Shown piece after piece: positions 52,751 to 63,173 of a stretch of 64,000 nt of DNA. The stretch covers positions 1-64,000 of the forward strand of contig CAVPQB010000003.1 of NCBI GenBank assembly GCA_963707505.1, read 5' to 3'. The notes beneath the pieces were generated by a model, which did no database searches, had not been told where the DNA came from, and saw only the letters and a program-made list of their open reading frames with translations. This stretch comes from an uncultured Gemmatimonadales bacterium. GTDB lineage: Bacteria > Gemmatimonadota > Gemmatimonadetes > Gemmatimonadales > Gemmatimonadaceae. Made by a program: the position numbers and the translations under genes. Position 1 is the stretch's first letter; every line of letters starts with the position of its first letter.

Positions 52751-54220
52751 TCATCGGCCCCATGCGATAAGACGACGCGTAGCGTCCCGGACAAAACGGC
52801 GCTCGCTACGACTGACGACGCCGACGGCGAGGAGCACTACGGGAAACATCGCGATCACGGCCACGTGCGCTACAACGGCAGCCCCTGTGCCGTAGCCTGC
52901 CATGCTAGCGATCCAATACAGCGCGCCAGCTGCAAGCGCAGCTCGCACAAGCCGCGCGTATTCGTACGGAACTCTGTAAACCCGCTGCGCAGCAACCCAT
53001 GCGAAGACGAGAGTCGCTGCGTACGAGATGAGGGTCGTCCAAGCAGCGGCTATCACGCCATGCCGTGGCATAAGCCACAGGTTGAGTCCTACATTGAGAA
53101 TGCCAGCTGCAATCGTAACCATTGGGATGAGCGCCGTTCGTTCGGCTACAAACAGGAAATTCGCGGGGACGAAATACATCCCCGCGAAGACGTACCCGCA
53201 CACGATCCACGGCACGATTGGCGCCGCGCCGCTGTACCCGGGCGCCATCAGCATCAGCACAATATCCTGACCGAGAATTGCAAGCGCGAGACCCACTCCG
53301 AGAAGCACAATCGCGAATACACTCGCCAGGCGCGCCAACGAACCGGTCGCGCCGTTACCCTCCTCTGCAACACGCTTGTACACGAACGGCACCCAGGCGC
53401 TGTTCATCGAACCGGCAACGGTGTTTGCGATCGCGCCAAACTGAAATCCGAGCGCATATAATCCGATCGCAGCAGCCGGAACAAACCGTTCCAGCAGCAC
53501 GCGGTCTGAAACATCGAGAACCCAGCCAGCCAACCCGTGCGGAACAAGCGGCAGTGAAAATGCGAGAGCCATCAAGAGAACTCGCCTGTCGACCGCGATC
53601 CGCAGCGATCTAAGCATGATGCCGCAATAAATAGCAGCCGCTGCCCCCGTGGATATGCACACCGCTAACAGGTATCCGCGCGCACCGTCGCCACGGATCA
53701 CGACAAAGTACACTATGAGAGCTGCGGTCGCGACCGCCGAGCCGAGCGTCGCCGTTACGTACTGCACGGCTCGCTCCTGCACTTGCAGCAGAGCAAGTGG
53801 GACCAGGCTGAACGTACTGAAAAAGGCGGTCCAAATAGCCAGTCGCACGTAAGGATGAAACGGAACCTGCGGAACAAGCCAGGTAAACATCCCGCCACCG
53901 AACCGATCGGCGAGGATCGTCACGATCAATGCCGCAACTGCGATGCTCACCGCGATTGTCCCGTTCGTACGACTGCGCGTCGACTCATCCGTATCGGCGA
54001 AATAATACTTCGCTACCGCACCATGAAGCCCAAACGGCAGAATGATGCCGAGCACCGCTGTAATCGTTCCGCTCACCGCAACAACACCATAGTCGGCTGG
54101 CGTCAGAAATCTCGTGTAAAGCGGAAGAAGCAGAAACGTGATCGACCTGCCGAGCACGCTCCCAAAGCCATACACCAATGAACGACCTGCGAGTGATTTG
54201 ATGTCAGCGACAATGCCCAT
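52751..54220 (-). CDS. wzx: Wzx-type flippase B
   Basis: FLLLPLYTRFLTPADYG, FSLPLVPH, SDRVLL...IGLY. Confidence 0.85.
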   Translation of the reverse strand: MGIVADIKSLAGRSLVYGFGSVLGRSITFLLLPLYTRFLTPADYGVVAVSGTITAVLGIILPFGLHGAVAKYYFADTDESTRSRTNGTIAVSIAVAALIVTILADRFGGGMFTWLVPQVPFHPYVRLAIWTAFFSTFSLVPLALLQVQERAVQYVTATLGSAVATAALIVYFVVIRGDGARGYLLAVCISTGAAAAIYCGIMLRSLRIAVDRRVLLMALAFSLPLVPHGLAGWVLDVSDRVLLERFVPAAAIGLYALGFQFGAIANTVAGSMNSAWVPFVYKRVAEEGNGATGSLARLASVFAIVLLGVGLALAILGQDIVLMLMAPGYSGAAPIVPWIVCGYVFAGMYFVPANFLFVAERTALIPMVTIAAGILNVGLNLWLMPRHGVIAAAWTTLISYAATLVFAWVAAQRVYRVPYEYARLVRAALAAGALYWIASMAGYGTGAAVVAHVAVIAMFPVVLLAVGVVSRSERRFVRDATRRLIAWGR

Positions 54221-54274
54221 GCTGCCTCCAGGGAGGCGATGCGACCGTGTCGTTCACCTGGCCACCCGCTGGAT

Positions 54275-55489
54275 TCACGCTGTGCGCTCAGAGGCCGTTC
54301 GGCGAAGGCTCGACAGCGAACTGATCACCCGCGCTTGCTCGGATGCGGTAAGCCCGACGGAGGACGGCAGGCTGAGTGCAACACTGTTCAGGTACTCCGC
54401 GACCGAGCAATCCGTGCGCTCGGCGCCAGCATGCGCCGGTGATAGGTGGCATGGTTGCCACAAAGGGCGTGTCTGGATGCCCAGCTCCGCCAATCCGCGC
54501 ATGACGCCACGACTCCCACCCTCGAAAGACACCGGGTCGACGAGGACCGTGAAAAGCCAGTGTGCACTCCACGCCCATTCAGCCTCACGCATTGGTGTGA
54601 TACACGCGTCGGCGTCGAACGCATTGCGGTACGTTGCCGCAAGCGTGCGCTTCGCATCGAGGTGGTCGTTGAGACGCTCCATCTGGGCCAATCCAACGGC
54701 CGCGGCGATGTTGGTGAGTCGATAGTTGTAACCGACTTCGCCGTGCACGAACTCGATCGCATCGTCCTTGGCCTGCGTAGTCAGGTAGCGGGCTCGGCGT
54801 GCGAACATCTCGTTGCTGGTAACAATCATACCGCCACCGCCTGTCGTGATGAGCTTGTTGCCGTTGAAGCTGAAACACGCGATGTCGCCAATGCTTCCCA
54901 CGGGGCGGTCGCGATATGTCGCGCCAAGGCTTTCGGTGGCGTCTTCAATGATCGCCAGATCGAACCGGTGCGCAATTTCGACAAGTCGATCCATGTCGAC
55001 GGGATGCCCAAGTATGTGTACGGGAACAATCGCGCGGATACGGCGGCCGGTCGATTTGTTGTACAGCGCTCCATCGCGCCACGAGCAACGATTGTTGAGA
55101 AAGTCGATGGCCTTGTCGACGTCCATTTCCCAGTACTCTGGCTCGGCGTCCACGAACACGGGAAACGCGCCGACGTACCGGATCGCGTTGACAGGCGCGA
55201 TGAACGTAAGCGTTGAGACGAGGACTTCGTCGCCTGCTTTGACTCCGGCAACCATAAGAGCGATGTGCAGCGCAGCCGTGCCGTTGACCGTGGCCACTGC
55301 GAACGGAACGCCAGCGTGCGCGGCTATACTTTGCTCAAAGCGGGTGACAAACGGGCCGACGCTCGAGACAAAATTCGTGTCGAGGCATTCCTTGACATAG
55401 CTCCATTCGTTCCCGCCGAGGTACGGAACGCAGAGCGGTATCTCTCCTTGTGGTACCGGCGCTCCCGGCTCTCTTGAACTAAACTGCAT
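54275..55489 (-). CDS. legC: LegC-family PLP-dependent sugar aminotransferase
   Basis: ECLDTNFVSSVG, NGTAALH, EDATESLG, SFNGNKLITTGGGG, GYNYRL. Confidence 0.88.
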   Translation of the reverse strand: MQFSSREPGAPVPQGEIPLCVPYLGGNEWSYVKECLDTNFVSSVGPFVTRFEQSIAAHAGVPFAVATVNGTAALHIALMVAGVKAGDEVLVSTLTFIAPVNAIRYVGAFPVFVDAEPEYWEMDVDKAIDFLNNRCSWRDGALYNKSTGRRIRAIVPVHILGHPVDMDRLVEIAHRFDLAIIEDATESLGATYRDRPVGSIGDIACFSFNGNKLITTGGGGMIVTSNEMFARRARYLTTQAKDDAIEFVHGEVGYNYRLTNIAAAVGLAQMERLNDHLDAKRTLAATYRNAFDADACITPMREAEWAWSAHWLFTVLVDPVSFEGGSRGVMRGLAELGIQTRPLWQPCHLSPAHAGAERTDCSVAEYLNSVALSLPSSVGLTASEQARVISSLSSLRRTASERTA

Positions 55490-56471
55490 ATGTCCCCGGG
55501 GAAAAACGTCCCATGTTACCGCGCATCCATTCCGCCGTCAAACGCAAACCGTCCTCAAGGGCGATCTGCGCCTCCCAACCCAAAAGCCTTCTGGCGGCCG
55601 ACGGATCGGACTGAAGCACCATCACTTCGCTTTTGTCGGGGCGCAATCGTTCTGCCGCCTGCTCCGCAACGGCCTGCACGCCGCAAGCCCGGCACGCGGC
55701 ATGGAACACGTCGCCGATCGATTCAGCACGGCCCGTCCCGAGATGGATCGTCATCCCATCAATCCCCACCGCCGTTGCCGAGGCAAGGAAGGCACGCACT
55801 GTATCGCTCACAAAAGTGAGATCGCGGCGTGGGGAAAGATTGCCCAGCGCGACGGTGCGCGAACCGGCAAGTAGCTGCGAGAGAATCGTTGGGATTACAG
55901 CGCGTGCGGACTGACGTGGACCATATGTATTGAATGGCCGCAATATCACGACCGGCAGGTCGAACGCACTGTAGTACGCCTCACAGAGCTTGTCGGCGCC
56001 GATTTTGGTGGCGCTATACGGTGACTGACCGCGTAACGGGTGCCCCTCGGTGATGGGGAGCGTTTCGGGTGTACCGTAGACTTCGCTCGTCGATGTCTGG
56101 ATGAGCCTTGAACACCCGCTGCGTCGCGCGGCCTCGAGCACGTTCAACGTTCCAGTGATGTTTGTGTCGACGAAAGATGCGGGTGCCGCGTAGCTGTATG
56201 GAATGGCGATGAGTGCGGCTAAATGCATGATGATGTCAACACCGGCACACGCGCTCTCGACGAACCTGGCGTCACGAATGTCACCAAGACGCACGTCGAT
56301 GGCCGACCTTACCTCCGACGAACTGGTATCGAGCCACCCCAATGAGCCGTTCGAGTTATACAGGCAAAAGGCGCGAACATCCGCACCTCGAGCTACCAGC
56401 GCCTCGGTCAAGTGACTTCCAATGAAACCGTCGGCGCCGGTTACGAGTACTCGCTTCCCTTCGAGATTCAC
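55479..56471 (-). CDS. legB: LegB-type NDP-GlcNAc 4,6-dehydratase
   Basis: GADGFIGSHL, YNS.GS.GWL, LAALIAIPYSY, TSTSEVYG, PYSATK, RPFNTYGPRQSARA. Confidence 0.87.
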   Translation of the reverse strand: MNLEGKRVLVTGADGFIGSHLTEALVARGADVRAFCLYNSNGSLGWLDTSSSEVRSAIDVRLGDIRDARFVESACAGVDIIMHLAALIAIPYSYAAPASFVDTNITGTLNVLEAARRSGCSRLIQTSTSEVYGTPETLPITEGHPLRGQSPYSATKIGADKLCEAYYSAFDLPVVILRPFNTYGPRQSARAVIPTILSQLLAGSRTVALGNLSPRRDLTFVSDTVRAFLASATAVGIDGMTIHLGTGRAESIGDVFHAACRACGVQAVAEQAAERLRPDKSEVMVLQSDPSAARRLLGWEAQIALEDGLRLTAEWMRGNMGRFSPGTYAV

Positions 56472-57529
56472 GTCAGTCCCCGCGCGCGTACGAGTTCCTC
56501 TGGCCGACCGATATCCAGCCACTCCTCGTCAATCATGTAAGCTCCAACAGGACGGTCCATCGCAAGGCACGTATCGAATAGCGACGTGATTGGAAACGTT
56601 TCGCCGTGCGGCACCATCCGAATCGCCTCGGGCGAGAGTACATAGATTCCGGTGTTGATGAGTTTACGATCGACGGGCTTCTCCTGCAGCGCTATCAGTC
56701 TGTCCCCACTCACTGTCGCGGCACCGAACGGCACTTCGACGCTATAATGTCGCAGCCCCATGGTGGCGACGAACCGTCCACGGTCATGAAAATCTATCAT
56801 GCTGCCGACGTCGCATTGCGTTACGAGATCGCCGTTCAGGACAAGCACGGGCTCATCCGGCACCGGTGTAAGCAGCGAAAGCGGCCCGCCGGTGCCGAGC
56901 GGTTCGGATTCGTGGAGATATGTAATCCGGCACCCAAACCGCGATCCGTCACCGAAATGCTCCTCAATCATGTGCGACAGGTAATTCACGGAAAAGTAGA
57001 ACCGGTAAATTCCCGCACTCATGAGATGCAGCAACAATCGCTCGAGAATCGGACGCCCAGCCACTGTCACCATAGGCTTCGGTACCAAGTTGGTCAGTGG
57101 AGCGAGTCGTGTTCCGCGCCCACCCGCGAGAAGAATCGCGGCATTGGTCCGCGGCCGCGACGTCACCATGCGGCCAATGGTGTGGAGCCCGCAAAGACGC
57201 CCCTCGGCGTCGAGAATCGGAAGCTGCCCGATCCGCCTGGCTCGCATCAGGTCAAGCACTTCAGCGCGCCCGGTGGTACTTGACACCGACGAGAAGTTAC
57301 GCTGCATCACCTCCGTCACCGGTGTCGAATCCAGATCGGCGTTACGAAGAAGCGCCCTGCGAAGGTCGCCGTCAGTGATTGCTCCGACCACTCGGCGTGT
57401 CTCCGGTTCACATACGAAGACGATTGCTTCCGCCCCAGCGTCGAGGGCGCGAAGCGCGTCGCGGAGTATGGCACTCGTTTCGATGACGAGCCGGGAAACC
57501 TCGGATCCATCGCCGCCCCACCGCATCAC
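56468..57529 (-). CDS. CBS-domain sugar-1-phosphate nucleotidyltransferase (PtmE/LegX-like)
   Basis: N-terminal CBS pair (ITDGDLRR); LAGGRGTRL...PKPM; EPLGTGG; WLDIG. Confidence 0.85.
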   Translation of the reverse strand: MMRWGGDGSEVSRLVIETSAILRDALRALDAGAEAIVFVCEPETRRVVGAITDGDLRRALLRNADLDSTPVTEVMQRNFSSVSSTTGRAEVLDLMRARRIGQLPILDAEGRLCGLHTIGRMVTSRPRTNAAILLAGGRGTRLAPLTNLVPKPMVTVAGRPILERLLLHLMSAGIYRFYFSVNYLSHMIEEHFGDGSRFGCRITYLHESEPLGTGGPLSLLTPVPDEPVLVLNGDLVTQCDVGSMIDFHDRGRFVATMGLRHYSVEVPFGAATVSGDRLIALQEKPVDRKLINTGIYVLSPEAIRMVPHGETFPITSLFDTCLAMDRPVGAYMIDEEWLDIGRPEELVRARGLT

Positions 57530-57569
57530 TTACCCGACCTGGCAACTGCCGTGTCGCCGTCACCGGTAC

Positions 57570-58253
57570 TCACTTTTCGCATGACACGATCCACATTTCC
57601 ACCACGTTCGACCCGCCATCGACTGTGCGAGACTGGACGTCGACGACGACGTTCCTGAAGTCGCAAAATAGTGTATTGATTTGCGCCCGCCCGAATAGCG
57701 ATGAGAACCCCTTTCCCGCGAAAGGCCCTTCCATGATGTCGTCAAAACCACCCGGCTCGAGCTCCCGACCCAATCCCCAACCCCACGATCGATCCGTAAA
57801 AAGCGCTGACGAAAATCTGCCGCCTGATTTCAGCACGCGATGAACTTCGCTCAGAATTTGCAGACAATCCGCAAACCGGTTTGCGTACACGCTGGCGTTG
57901 TCAATCACGCCATCAAAATATCCGTCGGGCCATGGCAACGACGACATATCGCCCACTCTGGCGTCAGCCTCAAGCCCTTCCGCCGCGAGTCTCGCGCGAA
58001 GCTGCGCGATCGCTGTTGCCGATCCGTCGATTGCCGAAACAGAAAACCCCTCGCGCGTAGCGAACCACGCGTTCGCTCCGGGGCCGGAGCCAAGATCGAG
58101 CAACGCGATCGAGCGCCGGTTGTCTGCCCGGTACCAATTACGCGCCACGAAGCGAACAACATGCTCAGGGGGGTACTTCCCCCATTCCTGGTTGCGGAAC
58201 ACCTGCTCCCATGCAGGATCCCACGCCGCAGGCTTATTCGAAGCAGCGCTCAT
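57570..58253 (-). CDS. Class I SAM-dependent methyltransferase within the Leg cluster
   Basis: WGKYPPEHVVRF, LDLGSGPG, IDGS, LPWPDGYFD, LKSGG. Confidence 0.87.
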   Translation of the reverse strand: MSAASNKPAAWDPAWEQVFRNQEWGKYPPEHVVRFVARNWYRADNRRSIALLDLGSGPGANAWFATREGFSVSAIDGSATAIAQLRARLAAEGLEADARVGDMSSLPWPDGYFDGVIDNASVYANRFADCLQILSEVHRVLKSGGRFSSALFTDRSWGWGLGRELEPGGFDDIMEGPFAGKGFSSLFGRAQINTLFCDFRNVVVDVQSRTVDGGSNVVEMWIVSCEK

Positions 58254-59290
58254 ATTGGCCTGGCAGATGGATGTCTATACGGAAGGAGCCAGTTCGCTGC
58301 GTCAACGCTGGATGCGGCCGCAGACAGGCTGTTGAATGCAGCGACGTCGATGACTACGCGAGCAGTATGGAACTGACGGGTCTCGCCGCCCACACTCCGC
58401 TTGAAGCGTAGAAGCGGATCGTCGTGCTGATGTGTCACCCCGCCACCGAGGTGCACGCCCGCCAATTCGAGCTTGGCTGCCCGCTCAATACCGGCCTGAA
58501 CTAGCAAGTTGGCCGCAAAGTTAGGTGCATCCTCACGTCGCGCTGCAAGATGGTAGTGAGCCCAGCGCGGACCAAACAGAAATATCGCAGCGCTGACAAG
58601 CCCGTCCGAGTCCGTCGTTCCCACAATCTCCGCTCCTGGTATCATTCTCAGCGTCGCAAAATATTCGCTGCCGAAATTCAGTCGGCTCGGCGCCGACAGT
58701 CGGCCCATCGCCGATCGATACAGAGGAACGAAGGTATCCCATAACGCCGGCGTATTCCACTCGATGGTCGTGCCGGTTTTCCTCCCACGGTTCACCATGT
58801 TGCGATGCCGCGACCCTGCTCGTTCCCACGCGTCGGCAATGCCCCGGTCGAGGGGTACGTAAACCGTTTCCCGGTCAGCCCTAACGACGGCGTCCGCCGG
58901 CAACCATTGAACATTTTCTACAAGCGGGTGCATCCGGAAGAACGCTGCTACCGCACCTTCGGTGCGGCTGGCTTCGATCCACTCACGCCAGCCGCGGTCG
59001 AGAGCACGCGTAGGTGATCCCGGGCTGGCGAGAGGACCGCCGTAACCGTTGCAACTCTGGATGTCCCAACGATCCGTTCCAGGAATTGCAACGCGCATGC
59101 CCGGGACGAAAAGTTGCCGCCCGCCACAATCCGCCAGCGTCGCAACACCGATTCCGTCGCCAGCAACTTCGCAGAGTGTGTGATAGGCGGTCGTGAAATA
59201 CGTGTCCGTAGCATCGTTCGTAAGCGCAGAGGCGGCCGCGTCCCATCTGGGGTCGGTAGTCCGCATCATCAGCGAATTGTCAGACAGCAA
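58250..59290 (-). CDS. GNAT/FemAB-like transferase within the Leg cluster (start uncertain)
   Basis: GYGGP, FFRMHP, HYHLAA, HLGGG, LLRFKRS. Confidence 0.75.
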   Translation of the reverse strand: MLSDNSLMMRTTDPRWDAAASALTNDATDTYFTTAYHTLCEVAGDGIGVATLADCGGRQLFVPGMRVAIPGTDRWDIQSCNGYGGPLASPGSPTRALDRGWREWIEASRTEGAVAAFFRMHPLVENVQWLPADAVVRADRETVYVPLDRGIADAWERAGSRHRNMVNRGRKTGTTIEWNTPALWDTFVPLYRSAMGRLSAPSRLNFGSEYFATLRMIPGAEIVGTTDSDGLVSAAIFLFGPRWAHYHLAARREDAPNFAANLLVQAGIERAAKLELAGVHLGGGVTHQHDDPLLRFKRSVGGETRQFHTARVVIDVAAFNSLSAAASSVDAANWLLPYRHPSARPI

Positions 59291-60320
59291 CATCGTCGTC
59301 CGCAACAAGTGAGCTTTGTATCACGTCGCGCGCCAGAACACGCCCCACCCATCGATCTGCTTGATCGACCCCGATCCCCGCCTTCCCTGTGCGAAGCCCT
59401 GTAACGTGTTCCGGTGTCAGGCGGGTCCCCGCGGGGAGTGACTTGCTATACACGAGTACGCGACGCACGGCGCGAAGTGTATCGCGCTCGCTATCCATCA
59501 CACGCTTTTCGCCCGTTCCCAGCATCGCCTCCGCACGCCGGACCGCTGCGCAGAGCGCTGCAAATTCCGCGGGATCGGCGGACGCACGGTGATCTGGCCC
59601 GGCCAGAGCACGGTCCAGCGTGATGTGCTTTTCCAGAATCGCGATGCCTACTCCAACCGCGACTACAGCGGCCACCGACCCCTGAGTGTGGTCGGAGAGC
59701 CCGACAGTAACACCCAGCGCTTCACGCAACGTCCGGATCGCGGCAAGATTCATCTCGGCCTCTGGAGCCGGATAGGCGCTCACACAGTGAAGGACTGCGA
59801 CGTCCGGTGCGCCCGCTGATCTTACGACGTCAATACTACGGCTGACTTGATCAATCGACGCCATTCCTGTCGAAAGAATCACGGGAAGCCCGAGCGCGCC
59901 GACCTCACGCAAGTGCAGCACGTTGGTCAGCTCCGCCGAACCAACCTTGATTACGTCGACTCCCAGTGACGCGAGGAAACGCGCACTCTCGACGTCGTCG
60001 GGAGTACTCAGGAAATCAATACCGCGCTCGCGAGCATGATCACGCAGTTCTTGATGCCAAGCAAAAGGCAATTCAAGGCGCTTGAGCATCGCGTATTGGT
60101 CCGCGCCGCCACTCATCGCCTGATAATCGGCCATCGCCGCGCCCGGTGCACATATCAAATCGGTCAGCCAAGTCTGAAACTTGACCGCATCTGCCCCGCT
60201 GTCCGCCGCGGCATCAACGAGGGCGTGCGCCAATGCAAGATCGCCATTATGATTTACCCCCGCTTCGGCGATGATGTACGTTGCACCGTAGCTGATGAGC
60301 CTCTCTCCGATGCGCATCAC
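59280..60320 (-). CDS. neuB: Nonulosonic acid synthase (NeuB/LegI family) with SAF domain
   Basis: IIAEAGVNHNG, AVKFQ, KVGSAE, ILSTGM, LHCVSAYP, GLSDHT, EKHITLD. Confidence 0.93.
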   Translation of the reverse strand: MMRIGERLISYGATYIIAEAGVNHNGDLALAHALVDAAADSGADAVKFQTWLTDLICAPGAAMADYQAMSGGADQYAMLKRLELPFAWHQELRDHARERGIDFLSTPDDVESARFLASLGVDVIKVGSAELTNVLHLREVGALGLPVILSTGMASIDQVSRSIDVVRSAGAPDVAVLHCVSAYPAPEAEMNLAAIRTLREALGVTVGLSDHTQGSVAAVVAVGVGIAILEKHITLDRALAGPDHRASADPAEFAALCAAVRRAEAMLGTGEKRVMDSERDTLRAVRRVLVYSKSLPAGTRLTPEHVTGLRTGKAGIGVDQADRWVGRVLARDVIQSSLVADDDVAV

Positions 60321-61060
60321 AACCGGTCGGGTAATGAGCCCGGCAATGTGACTGCGCCTGCGCGAACGAGTGCGTCAAGTGCGTCAAATTGCCGCGGTGA
60401 ATCCAGTGGCACGAACGGCACATCCTGCACAAGTTGCTTGCGCAGTCTGCCGCGGCGCCAGTTGTCGTCGGAAAGAATAGCCCGGCGTCGCCATGCGTAT
60501 AGAGCTCCATTGATGATGTACGACGCGGGAACATCCTGTCGCCGCGTAAACTCCGAGGCTCCCGCGACCATATCTTCCAGGTAGCCGCCCCGCTCTACAA
60601 CACAGTGCCAGAACGGATTCGCGTCGGGCTCGGTCACGCCCACAACTCCGTCGCAGGAAGAATCACCCTCAAGGCACTGCACTGCCTGGTCGATGTCAGC
60701 CGCCGAACGAAATGGGCTGGTCGGATCGAGCAATACTAGAGCGTCGTAACTCGACGCGTCGATCGTTTCCATCATCATCAACGCGTGCTGCAGCACGGGC
60801 CACATCGGCGTGGTATCGGTGGCCAGATGCGCCGGACGCATGAAAGGAACGTCAGCGCCGGCGGCCTTTGCGACACGCGCAATCTCCAAGTCGTCTGTCG
60901 AGACAATGGTGCGAGTGAGCCTACGAGCTCCTCGCGCCACTGCGACCGAGTACTCGATCAAGGGCCGATTGCCTAGCGGCCGAATGTTCTTCGCTGGTAT
61001 TCCTTTTGAGCCACCACGCGCAGGTATCACACCAAGAACACGGATGAGCGACGGCGTCAC
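60317..61060 (-). CDS. neuA: CMP-nonulosonic acid synthetase (NeuA/LegF family)
   Basis: IPARGGSKGIPAKN, VSTDD, RPAHLATD, PTSPFR, RRQD, NGALY. Confidence 0.92.
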   Translation of the reverse strand: MTPSLIRVLGVIPARGGSKGIPAKNIRPLGNRPLIEYSVAVARGARRLTRTIVSTDDLEIARVAKAAGADVPFMRPAHLATDTTPMWPVLQHALMMMETIDASSYDALVLLDPTSPFRSAADIDQAVQCLEGDSSCDGVVGVTEPDANPFWHCVVERGGYLEDMVAGASEFTRRQDVPASYIINGALYAWRRRAILSDDNWRRGRLRKQLVQDVPFVPLDSPRQFDALDALVRAGAVTLPGSLPDRL

Positions 61061-62230
61061 AAAACCGGCCCGTCGTAGAAGGTTTTCATCAGGATGCCGT
61101 CAAGGTCCGTCTCCTTGAGGATCTGCTTGATTTTGTGCGATGCACCCGCTTCGCCGTACAACGATGCCTTTGGCGACAGCGTTGAGAGAAATTCTGGCAA
61201 CATTGCGCGTGTGATTGCCGCGGTGATTTCCTCTTGCGTTTCACGCGAATCCAGCACCGACGGCGCCTTCAGCCTTCCGCGCTGCCGATCTCCAATGTTG
61301 ACCGTCGGCGTACCAAGCGCCGGCGCCTCGATCAATCCGCTTGATGAATTGCCGATGACAACCGCCGCTGCCTTAACCGCGCTCAAATATCGAACCTGTC
61401 CGAGCGACGCCACCAGCACAGCTCGGTTATGGTGGCGTCCGACAAAGGTCTCCCACGCGGCATTGATCCGACTCCCGTCCGCATCAGCGTTGGCCTTCGT
61501 CACCAACAGGCGAGCCTGCGGAAACTGATCGAGCGCGCCCATTAGCTGAATCAGTGCGTCGTCCGGGCCATCAGTGGACCGCGTAACAGGATGAAACGTT
61601 ATGACGAATAAAGGACCTGAACCGATGAGCCCAACCTCCGCAGCCAGGGCATCGGCGTCTAGAAGCGTCAACCGCTCTATATTGTCGAGTGCCGGCGCTC
61701 CCACCGTCCACACTCGACGGGGATCCTCACCCATTCGAATCACACGCCTTGCGTACGGCTCCGCGGCGACAAAATGCAGATGTGCCATCTTGGTAATCGC
61801 GTGTCGGATACCCTCGTCCACTGCGCCTTCCGTTACTTCGCCACCATGAATATGGGCTATCGGGATGTTGCAAAGCATGGCACTCTGCACCGCTGCAAGG
61901 ATCTCGAAGCGATCTCCGAGTACTAGCAAGATATCTGGGTTTAGGTATTCATACGTATCTGCAAAACCAATTACCCCCAAGCCGAGCGACTTGCAGACGC
62001 CCACCTCGGTGTTGCTTGCAAGCAACGAATCCACACGCGCGACGATCCTGAACCCGTCCGCCTCGATCGCTCGGTACGTGGACCCGAACTCCGCGGCGAG
62101 ATGTGCGCCGGTTACGACTAGTTGAAGTTCAAGATCAGGATCGTCGTCGATCTCACGAAGCACCCAGTACAACAAGCCATATTCGGCTCGCTGTCCCCGT
62201 CACAACGCAGATACGCCTTCGCGTTGCCAC
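61057..62230 (-). CDS. neuC: Hydrolysing NDP-HexNAc 2-epimerase (NeuC/LegG); frameshift near the 5' end
   Basis: RICVVTGT(RAEYG)LLYW, LGDRFE, HIHGGE, RHAITK, TFHP, GNSSSG, GDRQRGR. Confidence 0.92.
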
Positions 62231-63169
62231 TATCCCCCCCTGCGCGCAGGAATGCACTGTACGTCCGTGCTATTCCATCCTGCAACGATACCGTGGGCTG
62301 CCATCCTGTTGCGAGCATCTTCGAGGAGTCGAGCAACTTCTGCGGCGTACCGTCTGGACGAGTCGTGTCCCACTGGACTGATCCCTCGTAGCCGACGACG
62401 TGCGCACAAACCGCAGCCAGCTCGCGGATCGTCAGGTCACTACCAGACCCGACGTTGAACAATCCCGTCACCTGCGATTTCATCATGCCGACTGCAGCGT
62501 CCGCCAGATCATCCACATACAGGAATTCCCGTCGTGCAGCGCCCGAGCCCCACAGATTGATCAAGCGAGGACGTCCGCTGGCGAGCGCCTGCTTCGCCTC
62601 GTGAAACCTTCGGATCATCGCGGGAAGGACGTGCGACGTCTCGAGATCGAAGTTATCCCCCGGTCCGTAAAGGTTCGTTGGCATGAGCGAGACCCAACGC
62701 GCGCCATATTGTCGTTCGGCATTTTCGACGAGTTTCAGTCCCGCGATTTTGGCAATCGCATACGCCTCATTTGTCGCTTCCAGTGGGCCGGTAAGTAAAT
62801 ACTCTTCCTTGATCGGCTGCGGAGCGAGTCTCGGATATATGCATGAACTGCCGAAAAAGATCACCCTCGGCGTGCGCACCGCATGTGCGGCTCCCAGAAC
62901 GCTGTTCTGAATTGCGAGATTGTCGTAGAGGAAATCCCATCCGGCCGCTGCGTTGGCAGCTATTCCTCCAACGCGCGCCGCCGCAAGAAATACAATGTCG
63001 GGGCGCTCCGTCGCAAAGAACGCTGCTACGGCCCCCGAGTCTCGCAGATCGAGCTCCGATCGTTTACGCACGATGGGCTCAATCCCGTCTTTGTGTAGCG
63101 CACGTACGATAGCAGAGCCGACGAGCCCGTTGTGGCCTGCGACGAAGACACGCGGCTGATCCTTCGTCG

Positions 63170-63173
<4 letters not shown>
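62230..63173 (-). CDS. fcl: GDP-L-fucose synthase
   Basis: AGHNGLVGSA, AARVGGI, GSSCIYP, YAIAK, PTNLYGPGDNF, SHVLPA; the true stop is probably the TAG at 62230-62232 after a G7 run. Confidence 0.93.
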
